A stretch of DNA of 64,000 bases from Thermoanaerobaculia bacterium (GTDB lineage Bacteria > Acidobacteriota > Thermoanaerobaculia > UBA5066): assembly GCA_963719225.1 (NCBI GenBank), contig CAVRAY010000002.1:768001-832000 (forward strand), given 5' to 3'. The notes beneath the pieces were generated by a model. That model did no database searches and was not told where the DNA came from. It worked only from the letters and a program-made list of their open reading frames with translations. Each line of letters opens with the position of its first letter. Within the stretch, counting starts at the first letter, position 1. Shown in pieces: positions 60,112 to 64,000 of this stretch. Both the position numbers and the translations under genes were made by a program.

Positions 60112-60968
60112 ATGGCGGCTCGCGAGCACGTCACCGGCTCGGTCCGCTGTGGCGAGATCGGATCTGTTCTATCGCCGGTTCGGCAGGCCCGGGCGCACGC
60201 CGGTGCTGATCGTGCACGGCCTGTCGTATTTCTCCTACGACTGGATCGAGCCGGCCGCCCGCATCGCCACCGACCGCGAAGTGGTGGCGATGGACATGCG
60301 CGGCTTCGGCAATTCGGACTGCAGCCCGGCGCGCGACTACAAGCTTGATACGCTCAGCGCGGACATGATCTGCCTGCTGGATCATCTCGGCTGGCAGCAG
60401 GCCGTGCTGATGGGGCATTCGTTCGGCGGACGGGTCTGCCTCGCCACCGCCGGCTGGCGGCCCGAGCGCACCGCAGGGCTCGTTCTGCGTCGACTTTGCG
60501 CCCGACATCGCACCGGAAGGCCGACGCCACACCGCCGAGCGCATCGGCCTGCAGCCTGACGTGTTTGCCTCGGTTGACGAGGCGCTGGCCTATCACGGCC
60601 ACACCGACGTGCCGTCCGACTCCCCGCTGCGGCGGCGCTACGAGGCGTTCCTCAGGAAAGTCGACGCGGGCTACGTGCTGCGACGCGATCTCGCGTTCCG
60701 CGACAATTTCAAGAAGGCCCTCGACACCGGGCAGTCGCAGCCGGTGCCGGCATTTCTTTGGCCGATGCTGTCCGAACTCAAGGTCCCGGCCCTGGTCATC
60801 CGGGGCAGCCAATCCGACATGTTCGCTCCCGAGACGCTGCCGAAGGTGCGCGCCGTCAATCCACGCGTCACCGCGATCGAACTTGCCGGCAGCCACGACC
60901 TCGCCGACGACAATCCGGACGGCCTGGTGAAGGCGGTGTGCGGCTTCCTCGCGGCGAACCGGCTATGA
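60112..60968 (+). CDS. Alpha/beta hydrolase (frameshifted)
   Basis: VHG, DMRGFGNSD, GHSFGG, IRGSQSD, GSHD. Confidence 0.82.
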
Positions 60969-61213
60969 TCGAAAAAATCGAAATCGAGCGGTGCACCGGC
61001 TGCGGCATCTGCGATGTCGTCTGTCCGGCCGACGTGATCCACATGGAGCCGGCCCCGGTCGCCGTGGATGTCGCGCGGCCTGCGCGCACGCAGCTGTTGC
61101 CGGTGATCAAGTTCCGCGAGCACTGCATCACCTGCTTCAGCTGCGAGATCTTCTGCCCGGAGCAGATCGTCGACGTGCATCCTTCTGTGAAGAACCGGCC
61201 GCGGCCATGGTGA
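60965..61213 (+). CDS. 2x[4Fe-4S] ferredoxin, AprB-like
   Basis: CTGCGICDVVCPADVI and CITCFSCEIFCP. Confidence 0.88.
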   Translation: MIEKIEIERCTGCGICDVVCPADVIHMEPAPVAVDVARPARTQLLPVIKFREHCITCFSCEIFCPEQIVDVHPSVKNRPRPW

Positions 61214-62951
61214 TCGCCCATGGCAGACTCGACGGCGTCCTGATCGAGACCGACGTGCTGGTAGTCGGCGCCGGCGCCGGCGGCCTCTTCGCCGCGCTCA
61301 GCGCCAAGCGCCACGGCCCGTCCGGCACGCGCGTGACCCTGCGTCGATTCCTGGATGGTCGGGCGCACCGGCCATACCGCCTTTTCCAACGCCTGGATGA
61401 TCGTGGCGCTGCCCGGCGACGACATCGACGGCATACCTGCGAGATCGTCGCTGGCAACGACGGCATCGCCGACCAGATGCTGGTGCGCGCAGTCGCTGAC
61501 GAATTCACACGCGCGCCTGCGCGACTTCGAAGCCATGGGCATGAAGTTCCACCGCGCCGAGGACGGCAGCTATGCGCGCCGGCCGACGCGCGGGTCTCGA
61601 TCTCGCGCGCGTGCATGTATCCCGAAGGCGGCGGGCTCGAATATTGCTGGCGGCTGCGGCTGCGCCCTGGAGAGCGAAGGCGTTCAGCTCCTCGACCGCT
61701 GTTCGTCACCGGCCTGCTGCGCGCCGACGGCGGCCGCATCGATCGGCGCGGTCGGGATTCAACAGCCGCACCGGCGAGTTTCACGTCATCAAGGCGCGCG
61801 TCGACCATCGTCGCCACCAACGCCATCACGTTCCGCTCCGGCTTCGTGCGCGACATCACCGGCACCGGCACGCTGCTCGCCTATCGCGCGGGCGCGGCGC
61901 TGCGCAATGCCGAATTCAGCTACGTGCGGCCGGGCACGCCGAAATTCTATTTCGAGGGCATCACCTTCGCGATCCAGGAGGGCGCGCATTTCATCAACGC
62001 CAAGGGCGAGGCGTTCATGCGCGACTACGAGCCGGACTGGGGCGACGAGGCCGACGTGCCGCGCATCGCCCGTGCGATGGCGATGGAACAGCGAGAAGGG
62101 CAGCGACCGCTCTATCTCGACATGTCGGCGATCCCGGAAGGGCATCCGCGACTATTTCATCAGAGCAAAGTCAAGTGGATGGACTATTTCTTCCGCAAGC
62201 TCGGCGAGCGAAGCGCAAGCACCGACATGTTCGGCAAGACGCCCTATTACGCGCTCAACCAGATGACCAAGATGGGCATCCGCACCGGGCCGGATTGCCG
62301 CTCGGATGTCGCCGGGCCTCTGGCGGCGGGGCTCGCGCAGGCCGGCTGCGCCAACCACTTCGCCGGCTTCCACATCGGCCTGTGCATCGGCAACGGCTGG
62401 ATCGCGGGCGCACAGCGCGATCGAGGACCTCGACCGGCTGCCGCCGCCGCACGCTCGATGCCGGCCAAGTCGCAGCTGCTCTACGAGGAGGCGGTGCAGA
62501 CCGTTGAAACCGGCAGCCGCAGCGGAATCGGACCGCATCCTGCGCGACCTGCAGGCGGTGATGTTCGCCTACGACATCGGCATCCTCAAGAGCGCCGAGC
62601 GGCTCGAACGCGCGCTGCAAAGTGTCGACGCGCTGGAACGGCGAGTTCGCCGATCTGGCCGCGCCGCACACGCACGAGCTGGTGCGTCTCAAGGAGACCG
62701 AGGCGATGCTGCTCGCGGCGCGTTTTATTCTCCAAGCTTCGCTGTTCCGTACCGAGTCGCGGCTCAGTCACTTCCGTGACGATCATCAGCAGCGTGACGA
62801 CGAGAACTGGCTGGTGTGGGTCGACGTTTCGCCGACCGCCGAGGGGCCAAAACTGTCGAAGACCAAAATTCCGACCCCGCTCTGCCCGGTGCTCCCGCGC
62901 CCGGGTCGGCCGACACGGCTGAAGGAGCGGTTCGCGGTCGCCGGCGGCTGA
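61207..62951 (+). CDS. AprA/SdhA/NadB-superfamily flavoprotein (frameshifted)
   Basis: TDVLVVGAGAGG, TGTG..LAYRAGA.L.N.EF, NAKGE.FM..Y, RTESR.SHFR.D....DDENW. Confidence 0.8.
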
Positions 62952-63001
62952 CCCAAAGGCGGCGCGCGCTCCCCCCTGCGCTGTCCATCCGGGAGGACCG
63001 A

Positions 63002-64000
63002 ATGCTGATGACCGGCGAAGAGTATCTCGCGAGCATCCGCGACGGACGCCGCGTCTATATCGGCGGCGAGCCGGTCGAAGACGTGACGACCCATCCGGCA
63101 TTTCGCAACGCGGCGCGCTCGTTCGCCATGATCTACGACCGCAAGCGCGCGCCCGAGAACCGCGACGTGATGACCTGCGAGGAGGACGGTGACACCTTCT
63201 CGACCTATTTCCTGCTGCCGCATACGCGCGAGGACCTGCAACGCCGGTTCGAGACGCATCGGCGCATCGCATCGTGGACCTACGGCCTCATCGGCCGCTC
63301 GCCCGACAATTTCCCGAGCTACGTGAGCGGGCTGGTCATGGACCCGGCGATGTTCGACCGCATCCGCGCGGGCTTCGGCGACAACATCAAGAACTACTAC
63401 CGCCATATGCGAAGAAACGACATCTTCGCCTCGCACACCGTGACCAATCCGCAAGGCTGGCGCCCGGCCAATCCGGCCGACAGCGCAAAGCGCACACCGC
63501 CGACGCTACGGGTGGTCGCTGAGGACGACCGCGGCGTCACCATCAACGGCCTCAAGATGCTCGGCACCGCCTCGGTGTTCTGCCACGAGACCTGGTGCGG
63601 CAACCTGCAGCCGGTCGCGCCCGGGCAGGAGAAGGAATCGATCACCTGCGTCGTGCCGTTGAACGCGCCGGGCGTGAGCATGTGGTCGCGCAAGCCCTAC
63701 GAGCGCTACGCAGTGAGCGAGTTCGACAACCCGCTGGCCGCGCGCTTCGACGAGAGCGACGCGGCCGTGCTGTTCGAGAACGTGAAGGTGCCGTGGGAGC
63801 GCGTGTTCTGCCACGACAACGTCGAGATGACGCGCGCCATCTACATGCTCACGCCCGGCCACGTCATGGCCAACCACCAGGCCAATGTGCGCTTCCTCGA
63901 AAAGCTCAAGCTGATCGTCGGGATCGCAAAAAAACTCGCCGACATGAACAATGTCGGCCACATCCCGGCGGTGCAGTTCACGCTCGGCCGGCTGGCGGCG
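63002..64000 (+). CDS. 4-hydroxyphenylacetate 3-hydroxylase (HpaB/PvcC) family FADH2-dependent monooxygenase, runs off window
   Basis: My translation: MLMTGEEYLASIRDGRRVYIGGEPVEDVTTHPAF...GRSPD...INGLKMLGT...RFDESDA...FENVKVPWERVF. Confidence 0.9.
   Translation, partial: MLMTGEEYLASIRDGRRVYIGGEPVEDVTTHPAFRNAARSFAMIYDRKRAPENRDVMTCEEDGDTFSTYFLLPHTREDLQRRFETHRRIASWTYGLIGRSPDNFPSYVSGLVMDPAMFDRIRAGFGDNIKNYYRHMRRNDIFASHTVTNPQGWRPANPADSAKRTPPTLRVVAEDDRGVTINGLKMLGTASVFCHETWCGNLQPVAPGQEKESITCVVPLNAPGVSMWSRKPYERYAVSEFDNPLAARFDESDAAVLFENVKVPWERVFCHDNVEMTRAIYMLTPGHVMANHQANVRFLEKLKLIVGIAKKLADMNNVGHIPAVQFTLGRLAA

Noticed and set aside
60965-62951. Evidence of dissimilatory sulfate reduction or sulfur oxidation
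   Set aside because: No sat, qmo or aprM; short ferredoxin; aromatic-catabolism context

Overview
The window appears to join two unrelated genomes at ~33,334-33,343, most likely an assembly chimera. The left part (1-33.3 kb) is very GC-rich and Acidobacteria/Thermoanaerobaculia-like by gene style (inference). It holds a lpxC-DUF4390-ntrY-ntrX-ECF sigma-ZAS anti-sigma operon with a candidate sigma54 promoter, a GAF/HD-GYP gene and smpB, then a ~25 kb cell-surface locus. In that locus five secreted proteins (two metzincin proteases, an unknown enzyme-like domain, an FG-GAP beta-propeller and one stand-alone copy) all end in the same ~121-aa domain (PCRxxDTR...CG(V/I)P...N.T...AN...DVxGY(Y/F)). 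They are interleaved with four to five GT-C-type membrane glycosyltransferases, two polyprenyl-phosphate GT2s, sugar-modifying enzymes, GT4s and a truncated wzm. This is the best candidate for an undescribed surface-display/sorting plus glycosylation system. The right part (33.3-64 kb) is alphaproteobacterial (Hyphomicrobiales-like). It holds a NitT/TauT ABC transporter and a benzoyl-CoA box cluster (boxB, boxC, boxR, benzoate-CoA ligase, no boxA) interrupted by a REP-flanked GIY-YIG nuclease. It also holds an M24 peptidase, an FAD monooxygenase, an orphan flhA, a SigK-like sigma/anti-sigma pair, a liv-type ABC transporter, and an aromatic ring-cleavage operon containing an AprBA-like ferredoxin/flavoprotein pair and an HpaB-family monooxygenase. 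Many genes carry single-base frameshifts that look like long-read errors. No CRISPR array, tRNA or rRNA was seen. All family calls come from motif recognition by eye, without database searches.
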